DNA of 64,000 nucleotides from Alphaproteobacteria bacterium. GTDB lineage: Bacteria; Pseudomonadota; Alphaproteobacteria; MPNO01. A model generated the notes under the pieces. It searched no databases, had not been told where the DNA came from, and saw only the letters and a program-made list of their open reading frames with translations. A program made the position numbers and the translations under genes. Below, one piece after another: positions 20,138 through 29,779 of the stretch (position 1 is its first letter; every line of letters begins with the position of its first letter). The stretch is from NCBI GenBank assembly GCA_965248835.1, contig CBDFLJ010000002.1, positions 640,001 through 704,000 on the forward strand, given 5' to 3'.

Positions 20138-20629
20138 ATGATGAGAAACATGATCCGGAGGATACTGTCACCGGTCGCGGTGTCGCTGTTGCTGATAGCA
20201 GGCGGAAACGCACAGGCGGCAACCATGATCGTCAAGAACGCGAATGGTACTGTTTCCGTCACGACAGACGGCCAGGAGACCCTCCTCTCGGCCGGACTCG
20301 CCGCCGCCATCGTCGACGCGGTGAAGAGGAACACAAGCGACCCCGAGAGCCTGCGGGCCGCCATCCGTGCACTGGTTGCCGGCAATGCCGGCGGCGCGGA
20401 CGACGCGGCACTCGCTACCGCGATCGCCGCCTTCGCAGCGGCGAGCTCGAGCGGTGGCTCCGAGGTCGTGACCGCCATCGTCGAGGGTGCGGCGGCCGGC
20501 AACCCGTCGCTTTCCGCCGTCGCGGTGCTCGGCGCGTTGCCTGCCGCCCCGAGTGGCGTCCCGCGGGCGGCGTCTCGGCCGTCGCAGGGCACGGTAGAGA
20601 ATCTTCAACAGATTAGTCCGGTTAGTTGA
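20138..20629 (+). CDS. Secreted Ala-rich hypothetical protein
   Basis: Signal-peptide-like N-terminus (…LLLIAGGNAQA); Ala/Pro/Ser-rich tail; first gene of the export operon. Confidence 0.65.
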   Translation: MMRNMIRRILSPVAVSLLLIAGGNAQAATMIVKNANGTVSVTTDGQETLLSAGLAAAIVDAVKRNTSDPESLRAAIRALVAGNAGGADDAALATAIAAFAAASSSGGSEVVTAIVEGAAAGNPSLSAVAVLGALPAAPSGVPRAASRPSQGTVENLQQISPVS

Positions 20630-20668
20630 GCGCCGGACCCGCCCGGAGGAGAGAGCGGGACATCGTGT

Positions 20669-21949
20669 ATGGACACTAGCAGCTGGGCGCTTCGCCCCCG
20701 GCATCTTCGGAATGCGCTGCCCATCATTGCATTGCTGGCAATGACAACCGGCGCGGTTCTCCCCGCCGGCGCGCAGGAGCCGGAGCGGGGAGAAACGGTG
20801 CGGGACCGGGCGCGGCCCGACTATGACGCGGCCGGCATCCGCTCCGGCGGGTTGTTGATCTTTCCCTCCGTCGAGGTGAGGTTGCGGCACGAGGACAACA
20901 TCTACAGGACAGACGGCGGGGAGACCGAGGATATCGTGACCTCGGTACGCCCTCGGATCGACGTCGCTTCGCAGTGGTCGAACCACGAGCTCGTCGTCAG
21001 CGCCGGCACCGACACGGATTTCTTCGCAAACGAGGATGACGAGAATTCGACGGACTGGTTCCTGAGCGCCGACGGGCGCGTCGACATCGCCCGCGACGCC
21101 AACGTCTATGTCGGATTGAGCGCGCAAGGGCTGCACGAGGACCGCGGCGACCCGAATGCGCCGCGGGCCAGCCGGGAGCCGATCTCGTACTCCCGACAGG
21201 ACGTGCGGCTCGGCGGATTCTATCGTTTCAACCGCCTCAGCCTGACCCTCGAGGGGAATATCAGGCAATTTGATTTCGATAATGGTATCGACCGGAATGG
21301 TAACCGGATCGTCCAGCGCGGCCGCGACCGCGAAGAGAATGAGGTGATGGCGCGGGCCGGCTATGCGGCCGCTCCGGGATACGAGGCCTTCGTGCGCGTG
21401 ACGCGCTACAACCGTCGCTACGAACACCACGGCACCACCCCCCCTGACCGCGATTCGGACGGTTGGGAACTCGTCGTTGGCACGGCCCTGGATCTCGGAG
21501 GCATCGTCTTCGGAGAGGTCTTCGCCGGCCATCGATCGCAGGACTACGACGACGCAAGCTTGCCCACCATCGACGGGTTTACTCTCGGCGGCACCGTCAA
21601 CTGGAACGTCACCCCGCTTACCACCGTCAACGGCTCTGTGCAACGTACCGTCGAGGAGTCCGTCTTCGCCGGCGCGTCCGGTTTCCTCTCCACCACCGTC
21701 AGTCTCGGCGTCGACCACGAGCTGCAGCGCAACCTGATCCTGAATGCGGTTTTGAGCCTCACCAGAAACGACTACGGAGGCATCACCCGCGAGGACGATC
21801 TGTTCGGAGTCGAGATCGGGGCAACCTATTTCGTCAACCGGAACCTGCGTGCCGACTTCGGCTACCGGTACCAGTCGCGGGACTCGACGACGCCCGGCGA
21901 AGACTTCGACGGCAATGTCGTCCATATGACCATACGCCTGCAGTACTGA
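20669..21949 (+). CDS. Outer-membrane beta-barrel protein of a polysaccharide export system
   Basis: Signal peptide, RARPDYDAAGIR motif, amphipathic strands, C-terminal IRLQY. Confidence 0.85.
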   Translation: MDTSSWALRPRHLRNALPIIALLAMTTGAVLPAGAQEPERGETVRDRARPDYDAAGIRSGGLLIFPSVEVRLRHEDNIYRTDGGETEDIVTSVRPRIDVASQWSNHELVVSAGTDTDFFANEDDENSTDWFLSADGRVDIARDANVYVGLSAQGLHEDRGDPNAPRASREPISYSRQDVRLGGFYRFNRLSLTLEGNIRQFDFDNGIDRNGNRIVQRGRDREENEVMARAGYAAAPGYEAFVRVTRYNRRYEHHGTTPPDRDSDGWELVVGTALDLGGIVFGEVFAGHRSQDYDDASLPTIDGFTLGGTVNWNVTPLTTVNGSVQRTVEESVFAGASGFLSTTVSLGVDHELQRNLILNAVLSLTRNDYGGITREDDLFGVEIGATYFVNRNLRADFGYRYQSRDSTTPGEDFDGNVVHMTIRLQY

Positions 21950-22024
21950 ATCGGCGGTGCCGCGACGCGTCGGCGGCCCAGGTTACCGCGCCACGTACCG
22001 CGGCGCTGCGCGTCGATTACGATT

Positions 22025-22301
22025 GGCTCAGGTCGCATTTCGTACGCATCATGATAGAATGTTCCCGGTTTGTTTGGGGCGGGCAGATGGATCGTGATCG
22101 GTTTCAGGACTGGCTTTCGCATGTGGACGGTCAACAGCCGTCACAGCCGGCTCAAAGGCTTCCTGCGTCGCTACCGCGGCATCGCCACCAAGTATCTCGG
22201 CAGCTATTTGAGGTGGTTCCACCTCATCGAACCGGCCGACCCCGAGAGCATGTCTGGCCGCGGCCATGGCAAAGCCATGTATACAATTCGCGAACTGAGC
22301 C
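22025..22301 (+). mobile_element. Internally deleted IS1595-family element (277-bp MITE-like)
   Basis: IRs GGCTCAGGTCGCATTTCGTACGCAT / ATGTATACAATTCGCGAACTGAGCC; 8-bp TSD TTA(C/T)GATT; VNSRHSRLKGFLRRYRGIATKYL fragment. Confidence 0.85.
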
Positions 22302-22402
22302 TTATGATTTGCAGTCAGAGCGCGGAATACCGCTTGGCCATCTACTTGGTTCCGGTGGCATCAGCGGCCCGCACCCGCCCACAACGAGTTAAACGCGCTT
22401 CC

Positions 22403-22945
22403 ATGCAGGTGAGTCGAACTCTCGTCGTCGGCCTCGCCGCTTTGCTCGGCTTCCTTTGCACGGCCGGGCCGGGCGGGGCTGAAACGGTCGAGTACACCTT
22501 CGGCACCGGCGACCAGATCCGGCTCACCGTCTTCGGGCACGAGGATCTGTCGGGAGAGTTCACGGTGAGCGAGACGGGCACGGTCTCGCTTCCCCTCGCC
22601 GGCAGCTTGAGCATCGGCGGGCTGACCATCCGACAGGCCAAGGAAGAAGTCGTCGATGCCTTGCGGCCGGATTACCTTCTCAACCCGCAGATCAGTATCG
22701 AGGTGCTGAACTATCGGCCCTTCTACATCATCGGAGAGGTGAAGGAGCCGGGCTCGTACCCGTACGTAAACGGTATAACGGTGACCGAGGCGGTGGCGCT
22801 GGGCGGCGGTTTTACTCATCGCGCAAAGAAGGGGAAGATGATCATCATCCGGGGGGCCGATCCCACCAAGACCGAGCGCTCGGTGTCGGTCACCGAGGTC
22901 GTGCTTCCAGGCGACGTGGTCAAGGTGCTGGAACGATTCTTCTGA
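22403..22945 (+). CDS. wza: Short polysaccharide export (OPX/Wza-family) protein
   Basis: YTFGTGDQIRLTVFG PES motif, one SLBB domain, ends LERFF; 180 aa. Confidence 0.85.
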   Translation: MQVSRTLVVGLAALLGFLCTAGPGGAETVEYTFGTGDQIRLTVFGHEDLSGEFTVSETGTVSLPLAGSLSIGGLTIRQAKEEVVDALRPDYLLNPQISIEVLNYRPFYIIGEVKEPGSYPYVNGITVTEAVALGGGFTHRAKKGKMIIIRGADPTKTERSVSVTEVVLPGDVVKVLERFF

Positions 22946-23014
22946 GCGCGGCGCGCATTCGGCCGGATCGGGACGCCGCCGCTCTCGTCTGCTGCTCGCA
23001 GTGCGGATACGCTT

Positions 23015-25294
23015 ATGAATGACACTTTCGAAGCCTCACGCCCGAGTCAAACCCCGGCAATGGCAGAGCGCAGCGGCGGCGCGCATTACGCACGAAGCGG
23101 GACCCCGGAAGAGATGGAGCTCGTTCCGCTGCTGCGCAGTGTCTGGCGGCGCAAGCTGCTGGTGGCTGCGACGATCTTTCTCGTCACTCTCATCGCCACC
23201 GTCGTTGCGTTCCAGCTCACGCCACGTTATTCCGCCAGCGTGAAGCTCCTGGTAGGAACGCCGGAAGCCAAGATCGTCGACATCGAAGCGGTATTGAGCG
23301 GCCTCGGTTCCGACCAGGCGGCGGTCGAGAGCGAGGTGCAGGTGCTAGCCTCACGCAGCCTCGCGGGCAAAGTAGCGGAGAAGCTCGAGCTCGACCGCGA
23401 TCCCGAGTTCAACGCGAGGCTGCGCCCGCCTTCCCTCCTCTCGATCCTTGATCCGCTCCGCTGGCTCCCCGAAGGCTGGCGCACCGCGTTGCTCGGGGGT
23501 AACGTCGACGCGATCCCGCCGACGCAGGAGGAGATCGAAGAGCGCATCCGAGCTGACGTAATCACCGCACTGCAGGCAGCGGTCGGTGTGCGTGTAGAGG
23601 GCCGCTCCCGCGTGATCAACGTGAGCGCAACGTCGGAGCAGCCGAAGACCGCGGCGGCAATTGCCAATACGCTGTCGGACTTGTATCTCGTGGACCAGCT
23701 TGAGGCGAAGTTCGAGGCGACGAAACGAGCCACCGATTGGTTGAACGATCGGGTACAGCAGCTTCGTGGGCAGGTCGCAGCATCGGAGGGCGCAGTCGAA
23801 GAGTACCGGCGCCGGACCGGGCTGACTCGGAGCAAGGACACCACCGTCACCGAGCAGCAGATCTCGGAGATCAATACCCAGCTCATTCTCGCGAGGACAC
23901 AGACCGCGGAAGCCGGCGCCCGTCTGACCCAGATAAGCTCTCTCGTGGAGTCGGCGGCTGGGGTCGACTCCGCCGCCGAGGTGCTCGCCTCTCCCCTGAT
24001 CCAGCGCCTGCGCGAGCGAGAGTCCGACGTTGCGCGCCGAGTCGCGGAAATGTCGACCGAGTTCGGGAAACGCCACCCCAAGATGATCAACATCAAGGCG
24101 GAACTCGAGGACATCCGGGCCAAGATCGAGGTCGAGGTGGCCAAAGTCGTCCGCGGCCTCAAGAACGAGCTCGAAGTGGCGCATACCCGCGAGCGTACTC
24201 TGGAGCGGAACCTGGAGCAGCTCAAGCGGGAGTCCGAGCGGATCAAGTCCTCCGAGGGCGAGCTTCGCGTGCTCGAACGGGAGGCGGCAGCGGACCGCGC
24301 CTTGTTCGATACCTTTCTCGCTCGGTTGAAGGAAACCGGCCAGCAGCACGAGATTCAGCAGGCGGATGCAAGGATCCTCTCGCGGGCCGACGTGCCGGTG
24401 GGGGCGTCGTCACCGAACAAGAAGCTCATCGTCGCCGGTGCTTTCGCCCTGTCTGCCCTCCTCGGGGTGCTGCTCGTTTTCCTGCTCGAGCACCTCGACC
24501 AGGGCTTCAGGAGCTCCGAACAGATCGAGAGTATGACCGGAGCGAGCACGCTCTCCCTCGTCCCCCATCTCACGGCCATGCGTTTGAAGCGGCACACGCC
24601 TACCGACTATGTTCTGAACCGGCCGGTGTCCGCCTTTGCGGAATCGCTGCGCACCCTGCACACCGGAATTCTGCTCTCAGCGCTAGACGACGCGCCGAAG
24701 TCGGTGTTGATCACCTCGTCGACCCCCGAGGAGGGCAAGACGACGGTCGCGACGGCGATGGCACGCCTCATCGCCCGCAGCGGAAAGAAGGTGCTGTTGC
24801 TCGATGGGGACCTGCGCCGCGCCCGCACCCGGAGTCTGCTCGGGCTCAACAGCACATGCGGACTGCTCGACGTGCTCGCCCAGCAATCCCCTCTCGAGGA
24901 ATGCATTCAGCACGACGAGATCTCGGGGCTGCACGTGCTCGCCACCGAAGGCAACGTGCCGAACCCACCCGAAGTGCTCGGCTCGCAGCAGATGGCGGCG
25001 CTGATGGATACGTTGGAGCGTACTTACGATCTGATCATCATAGACTCGCCGCCGGTGCTCGTTGTCTCCGACGCCCGCATCCTCTCGCGCCTCGCCGATA
25101 GGACGGTGTTTATTACCCGCTGGGGAGAAACCAAACGGGAGTCGGTCAAGCTCGCGCTCAAGCAGCTCGTCGATTCTGGAGCGAACGTAGCGGGAGTCGT
25201 GCTCTGCATGGTGAACATCCGCAAGCACGCCCAGTACGGATACGCGGACTCGACCTATTACTACCGATCCGCGCGGCGCTACTATGTCGACTGA
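23015..25294 (+). CDS. wzc: Polysaccharide co-polymerase / BY-kinase
   Basis: Two TMs, coiled coil, Walker A STPEEGKT, LLDGDLR, IIDSPP, Tyr-rich tail YGYADSTYYYRSARRYY. Confidence 0.92.
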   Translation: MNDTFEASRPSQTPAMAERSGGAHYARSGTPEEMELVPLLRSVWRRKLLVAATIFLVTLIATVVAFQLTPRYSASVKLLVGTPEAKIVDIEAVLSGLGSDQAAVESEVQVLASRSLAGKVAEKLELDRDPEFNARLRPPSLLSILDPLRWLPEGWRTALLGGNVDAIPPTQEEIEERIRADVITALQAAVGVRVEGRSRVINVSATSEQPKTAAAIANTLSDLYLVDQLEAKFEATKRATDWLNDRVQQLRGQVAASEGAVEEYRRRTGLTRSKDTTVTEQQISEINTQLILARTQTAEAGARLTQISSLVESAAGVDSAAEVLASPLIQRLRERESDVARRVAEMSTEFGKRHPKMINIKAELEDIRAKIEVEVAKVVRGLKNELEVAHTRERTLERNLEQLKRESERIKSSEGELRVLEREAAADRALFDTFLARLKETGQQHEIQQADARILSRADVPVGASSPNKKLIVAGAFALSALLGVLLVFLLEHLDQGFRSSEQIESMTGASTLSLVPHLTAMRLKRHTPTDYVLNRPVSAFAESLRTLHTGILLSALDDAPKSVLITSSTPEEGKTTVATAMARLIARSGKKVLLLDGDLRRARTRSLLGLNSTCGLLDVLAQQSPLEECIQHDEISGLHVLATEGNVPNPPEVLGSQQMAALMDTLERTYDLIIIDSPPVLVVSDARILSRLADRTVFITRWGETKRESVKLALKQLVDSGANVAGVVLCMVNIRKHAQYGYADSTYYYRSARRYYVD

Positions 25295-25396
25295 GCATGG
25301 CGCGCCGCGGCGGGAATCTGCATCCGGCCCTCCAGATTGCCGTGGGAGCGGCGATCATCGCGACGACGACATCGCAGTGAACGAGGGGCGGTCGGG

Positions 25397-26053
25397 ATGA
25401 GGCTCCGGGTCGCGGTGGGCGCTGCCGCCATTGCGACGGGCGCGGTCTTGCTCTTCCTAGCGCTTCCCATTGCCGTCGCCGGCTTCATCGAGATCCCCGG
25501 CAATGCCCTCCTTAAGAAAATGCTGCGTTACGAGCCCCTGTCGACGAAGGCGCTCGACGACCTGATCCAGTCGCGTGAGGCATCCCTTCGATGGCGGAAG
25601 AAGGGTCGCACCTACACCGACCTCGCCCTTGCCTGCATGATGCTCGGCGAGCAGGAAGCGCCGACGGCGCGCGACGAGGCCTTCGCACACGCCAGCGACA
25701 CGCTCACGACGGGTCTGGCCGCGGCACCCGCGAACCCCTACGCATGGATGCGCCTCGTCCTCTTGCAAAAAACGCTTAGGCGCCCGACTTCCGACATCGC
25801 CTCCACCCTGTCCCTCGCGCTCAACACCGGCGCGCGCCAGGGACGGCTGCTATTTCCCGGGGTGGAGGCGGGCCTGCAGGTCTGGAGTGAACTCGATGTC
25901 GCCGACCGCTCCCTCGTGACTGAGATGGTGAGGCGCGCGTGGACCCGTGACCCGTTACGCGTAGCGGCTATCGCCCGCGAGATCGGGCAGCTCCCCCTGC
26001 TGGCCCGCCTGCTCGAGCTCGATCCACACGGGGACGGCCGCGCGGGCACATAG
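25397..26053 (+). CDS. Membrane-anchored helical hypothetical protein of the EPS operon
   Basis: N-terminal TM, TPR-like APANPYAWMRL motif, host-like codon usage. Confidence 0.65.
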   Translation: MRLRVAVGAAAIATGAVLLFLALPIAVAGFIEIPGNALLKKMLRYEPLSTKALDDLIQSREASLRWRKKGRTYTDLALACMMLGEQEAPTARDEAFAHASDTLTTGLAAAPANPYAWMRLVLLQKTLRRPTSDIASTLSLALNTGARQGRLLFPGVEAGLQVWSELDVADRSLVTEMVRRAWTRDPLRVAAIAREIGQLPLLARLLELDPHGDGRAGT

Positions 26054-26079
26054 CCGCACTTCCCATAGGACACAGCCTC

Positions 26080-26320
26080 GTGCGAATCATCGAATTCGGA
26101 GACTGGCTGATTCTGTCGATCCTCGGCCTGTATCTCCTGTTCAATTACGGTTTCATGTAGCTTCGCCTGCCCCCGGGAGGTGGATTCGCGGTCCCGACCG
26201 GCGAGCTATTGCTCGCTTGCTTTCTGCTTGCAGTATCGAGCTATCGATGGCTGCCCCGGTTCTCCCGCACGGTCTTCATCCTGACCTTCGCCCTTTGGCG
26301 GGGGTTCGGGCTAGTCTTCC
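26080..26320 (+). pseudogene. N-terminal fragment of a polytopic membrane protein (Wzy-like)
   Basis: LILSILGLYLLFNYGFM*LRLPP...PTGELLL with in-frame TAG; truncated by IS debris. Confidence 0.45.
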
Positions 26321-26413
26321 GGAACTCAAGTAAGAGTCATTGTAGTTTTTGTCGGGGTTCGACTTTGAAGGTGTTTGCGATGGCAGTGTTGGCCGGCCGG
26401 TTGCGGCTTTGGT

Positions 26414-26537
26414 TCTGAGCGATGAGCCGCGAGCTCGCGTTAGCAGCTGGCCGCCTCTGCGATTGAGCGATCTCGCGACACCGCTGCAGACACCGCCAAA
26501 AAGGGTATCGCTGTCAGATAAAGTCTTAGCTCTTACA
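26414..26537 (+). mobile_element. IS debris: 49-nt IS110 non-coding-end fragment plus IS481 terminal IR
   Basis: 26414-26462 matches 28454-28502 (3 mismatches); 26512-26537 is the reverse complement of the IR at 12824 (1 mismatch). Confidence 0.75.
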
Positions 26538-26539
26538 GA

Positions 26540-27994
26540 TTACGCCTGACGACGGCCCCGGTCGGTACGTCCGTAGGCATCCTCGAAGCGGATGATGTCG
26601 TCCTCGCCGAGATACGAGCCGAATTGAATCTCGATGAGCTCGAGCGGCACCGTGCCCGGATTCTCCAGTCGGTGCCGGACGCATTGCGGAATATACGTAG
26701 ACTGGTTCTCTGAGACCATGAAGATCTCATCGTCTCGTGTCACCCGAGCGATACCTCGCACCACGATCCAGTGCTCGGCACGGTGATGGTGCATCTGCAG
26801 AGACAGCCGCTGGCCGGGATTGACGATGATGTGCTTGATTTTGAATCCGTTGCCACCATGCACGGAGTCGTAGCTGCCCCAAGGTCGATGAACTTTACGA
26901 TGGCGTTTGTATTCCTCTCGGCTTGCGCACTTGAGCTGCTCCACAATTTTCTTCACATCCTGGACCGCGTTCTTGGCGGCGACGAGCACCGCATCGGCGG
27001 TGTCCACGATCACGCAGTCTGCCACACCCACCGCGGCCACTACTCGGTCTCCACCAAAAATGTATGTGTTGCGAGTCCCCTCCAAAACCACATCGCCCTG
27101 AGTTGTGTTTCCCATCTCGTCCTGTTCGAGGAGTGCGGACAGCGCAGACCAGGAACCGATGTCAGACCAGCCGGTATCCAGGGGTACCACGACGGCATTC
27201 GTGGTGTGCTCCATGACCGCATAGTCCACAGAGGCCGTCGGCGACTCGGCAAAAGACTCCGCATCCAACCTCAGAAACGCGAGTTCCCGCACTGCTTTTC
27301 CGTGCGCCGTCTTCACGGCATCTCGTATGGGCTCTGCGTGAGCGCCGAGCTCCTGGAGATATCGGACTGCCCCGAAAACGAACATGCCGCTATTCCAGAA
27401 ATAGCCACCGGCTTCGACCCAGGCGGCAGCGTGATCAGCATCCGGTTTCTCGATAAAACCATCTACTACGCGCGCTTCATCGCTTACCCCGGTCGGGGCT
27501 CCTGCCCTGATGTACCCGTAGCCGGTCTCTGCATAGGCAGGCGGGACACCGAACGTTACGAGCTTACCGGCGCCGGCTTCCCTGACGGCTGCCCGGACCG
27601 CGTCGGCGAACTGCGTAGCGTCCCGAATGACATGATCCGCTGGCAGGATCAGCAGTATGGGTTCTTCGCCTTCGTCGCACTGGGCCAGGGTCTCCATGGC
27701 GGCGGCGGCAATAGCAGGCGCCGTACTTCGTGCTACGGGCTCCAAGAGTATGGCGGCCGGCGTGACACCGATGGCGCGGAGCTGTTCCGCCACCATGAAC
27801 CGGTGTTCGTCGTTGCAAACCACAATGGGAGCCCGTGGGCGATCAAGGGCCGCGAGCCGTTGGACGGTGGCCTGTAGAAGGGTGTGCCCATCCTGCAGCG
27901 CGATGAGCTGCTTGGGATGGTGTTCGCGGGAGAGCGGCCAAAGCCTGCTGCCAGCGCCACCCGAAAGGATGATGGGGACTACGGATTGTTTCAC
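26540..27994 (-). CDS. manC: Mannose-1-phosphate guanylyltransferase / mannose-6-phosphate isomerase
   Basis: ILSGGAGSRLWPLSR, FIEKP, WNSGMF, GWSDIGSW, RPWG, LQMHHHRAEHW. Confidence 0.95.
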   Translation of the reverse strand: MKQSVVPIILSGGAGSRLWPLSREHHPKQLIALQDGHTLLQATVQRLAALDRPRAPIVVCNDEHRFMVAEQLRAIGVTPAAILLEPVARSTAPAIAAAAMETLAQCDEGEEPILLILPADHVIRDATQFADAVRAAVREAGAGKLVTFGVPPAYAETGYGYIRAGAPTGVSDEARVVDGFIEKPDADHAAAWVEAGGYFWNSGMFVFGAVRYLQELGAHAEPIRDAVKTAHGKAVRELAFLRLDAESFAESPTASVDYAVMEHTTNAVVVPLDTGWSDIGSWSALSALLEQDEMGNTTQGDVVLEGTRNTYIFGGDRVVAAVGVADCVIVDTADAVLVAAKNAVQDVKKIVEQLKCASREEYKRHRKVHRPWGSYDSVHGGNGFKIKHIIVNPGQRLSLQMHHHRAEHWIVVRGIARVTRDDEIFMVSENQSTYIPQCVRHRLENPGTVPLELIEIQFGSYLGEDDIIRFEDAYGRTDRGRRQA

Positions 27995-28059
27995 GAGCTT
28001 GGCAGATTGTGCTCTTGTTGCAGGGCGCGCGGATATTCTACTGACACCGGAAGGGTTCG

Positions 28060-28345
28060 CAAGGTCAAGTCCGATTTCTGCTGGATAATTTTGTTTGAGG
28101 GTCTTCCACCGGGTGTCGTGTTGCGAGGCCTGTCTGGGCCTCGTATTCCTCGTGCAGTTCGGCTCTGAGGGCCGCCATCTGTCGTCGCTCGAAGTCCGTG
28201 ACCTTGATGGCATGCCAACGTTCGGCGGCCCGCGTCATGGCGCCGAACATGAGCTTGAGGACCGGCTTTTCGCCGAAGGCGTTGGGGATGATCTTCAACC
28301 GCCGGCGCTCCTCGACGAAGAGCCGCTCCAGCAGGTTGGTAACTG
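28060..28345 (-). mobile_element. IS256-family 3' remnant
   Basis: TNLLERLFVEERRRLKIIPNAFGEKPVLKLMF. Confidence 0.75.
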
Positions 28346-28890
28346 GTATGAGGATCTCGGTGTTGATGTTCGGCCGCGGTTGGCGTGATCGCGGCGTATG
28401 GTGCGACCATCCGGGACAGAGGCACCGGGAGCACGAAGGTGCGGGCAGGCCGATCTGAACGATGAGCCGCGAACTCGCGTTAGTAGCTGGCCGCCTCTGC
28501 GACTCGCCCGGTTGCGCTGCGCGCGCGGATCCGTAGTTGTCGTGTTGCCCGTCGCTCCCGTCATTCGAACTGACAGGAGGCGAGGATGCGGCGCATCGTC
28601 GGTATCGACATCCACCGGACCTTCGGGGAGGTGGTGATCTGGGAGAGCGGTTCGGTCCGCCACGCAGGCGGATCGACATGACTCGTGCCGGGCTCGAGGG
28701 CTTTGGCCGGCGCCTCGGCAAAGCGGATGAGGTGGTGATCAAGGCGACGGGGAACTGCATGGCGGTTGCGCGTGTGCTGTCGCCTTTCGTGAAGCGGGTG
28801 GTGATCGCCAATCCGCTGCAGGTCAAGGCGATCGCGCACGCACATGTGAAGACCGACAAGGTCGACGCGGGGACGCTCGCGAGCCTCTAT
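28346..28890 (+). mobile_element. IS110-family 5' remnant (left non-coding end + frameshifted transposase N-terminus)
   Basis: MRRIVGIDIHRTF at 28586; VKTDKVDAGTLASL. Confidence 0.8.
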
Positions 28891-29013
28891 GAGGGCCTCG
28901 AGCGCGCCTACGAGTGGTTTCGCGCCAACCACGGCGGCCGGAGCGCGTCGGCGGCACGGGTCTCGCTTGGAGCCGTAGATCCTCTGGCGGGGCCGCGCGC
29001 GCCGATCCCATGA
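28888..29013 (+). pseudogene. C-terminal remnant of an NAD-dependent sugar epimerase (Fcl-like)
   Basis: EGLERAYEWFRAN; stop overlaps the gmhB-like ATG. Confidence 0.4.
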
Positions 29014-29647
29014 CCGTTCCGGACGGGCCGCGCGGCCGGACCGACGATCGCGGCCTGTGGCGCGACCTGCGTGGGCCGAGGCCCGCCGGCCCGCCGCGGC
29101 CGGCGCTGTTCCTCGATCGCGACGGCACGGTCATCGAAGAGGTCCCCTACCTTTCCGACCCGGCGCTCGTCCGTCCGATTGCGCAGGCGATGACGACGAT
29201 TGTCCGGGCCAACACACTCGGCATCCCCGTGGTCGTCGTGACCAGCCAGTCGGGCCTCGCGCGCGGCTATTTCGACCGGGGCACCTCGCCGCCGTCGAAG
29301 ACGTGGTGGACGAAGCGATGACCGCGACCGGCGCGCGCATCGACGCCGTCTACGCCTGCCCCCACATGCCGGTCGAGCCGCTGCTCTTCGGCCGCAAGCC
29401 CGACCCCGGCATGCTGACCGTCGCCGCCGAACTCAATCTCGATCTCGCCGCAAGCTGGATCGCCGGCGACTGCGCGACCGACATCGAAGCCGGGCGGCGC
29501 GCGGGCCTGCGCGGCGGCTGGCTGGTGCCGATCGGATTCGGCGCCCGCGACGCAACCGTCGCCCGCGGACTCGCCCGCGACGGCTTCGAGGTCGTCGTGG
29601 GCGAACCCCTCGATCGCCTCGCCGACCGGCTCGACGCGCACGGCTAG
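29010..29647 (+). pseudogene. gmhB: GmhB-like HAD-IIIA sugar-bisphosphate phosphatase, frameshifted near 29280
   Basis: LFLDRDGT, VTSQSGLARG in one frame; YACPH, RKPDPGML, GDCATDIEAG in the next. Confidence 0.75.
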
Positions 29648-29779
29648 GGTTCGTCGCGACGCGAATTCGCGCTATTCTGCGCCGCTCTCCGCTCGCTATA
29701 GTCGGCGCCGGGGCGCGCCCGCCCTGCGAACGCCGGATCGTGGTGCCGGGGCATCGATATCGCGTCGTGGGAGAACGAA

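Noticed and set aside
22070-22402. N-terminal extension of the OPX ORF
   Set aside because: Read-through from the IS1595 remnant
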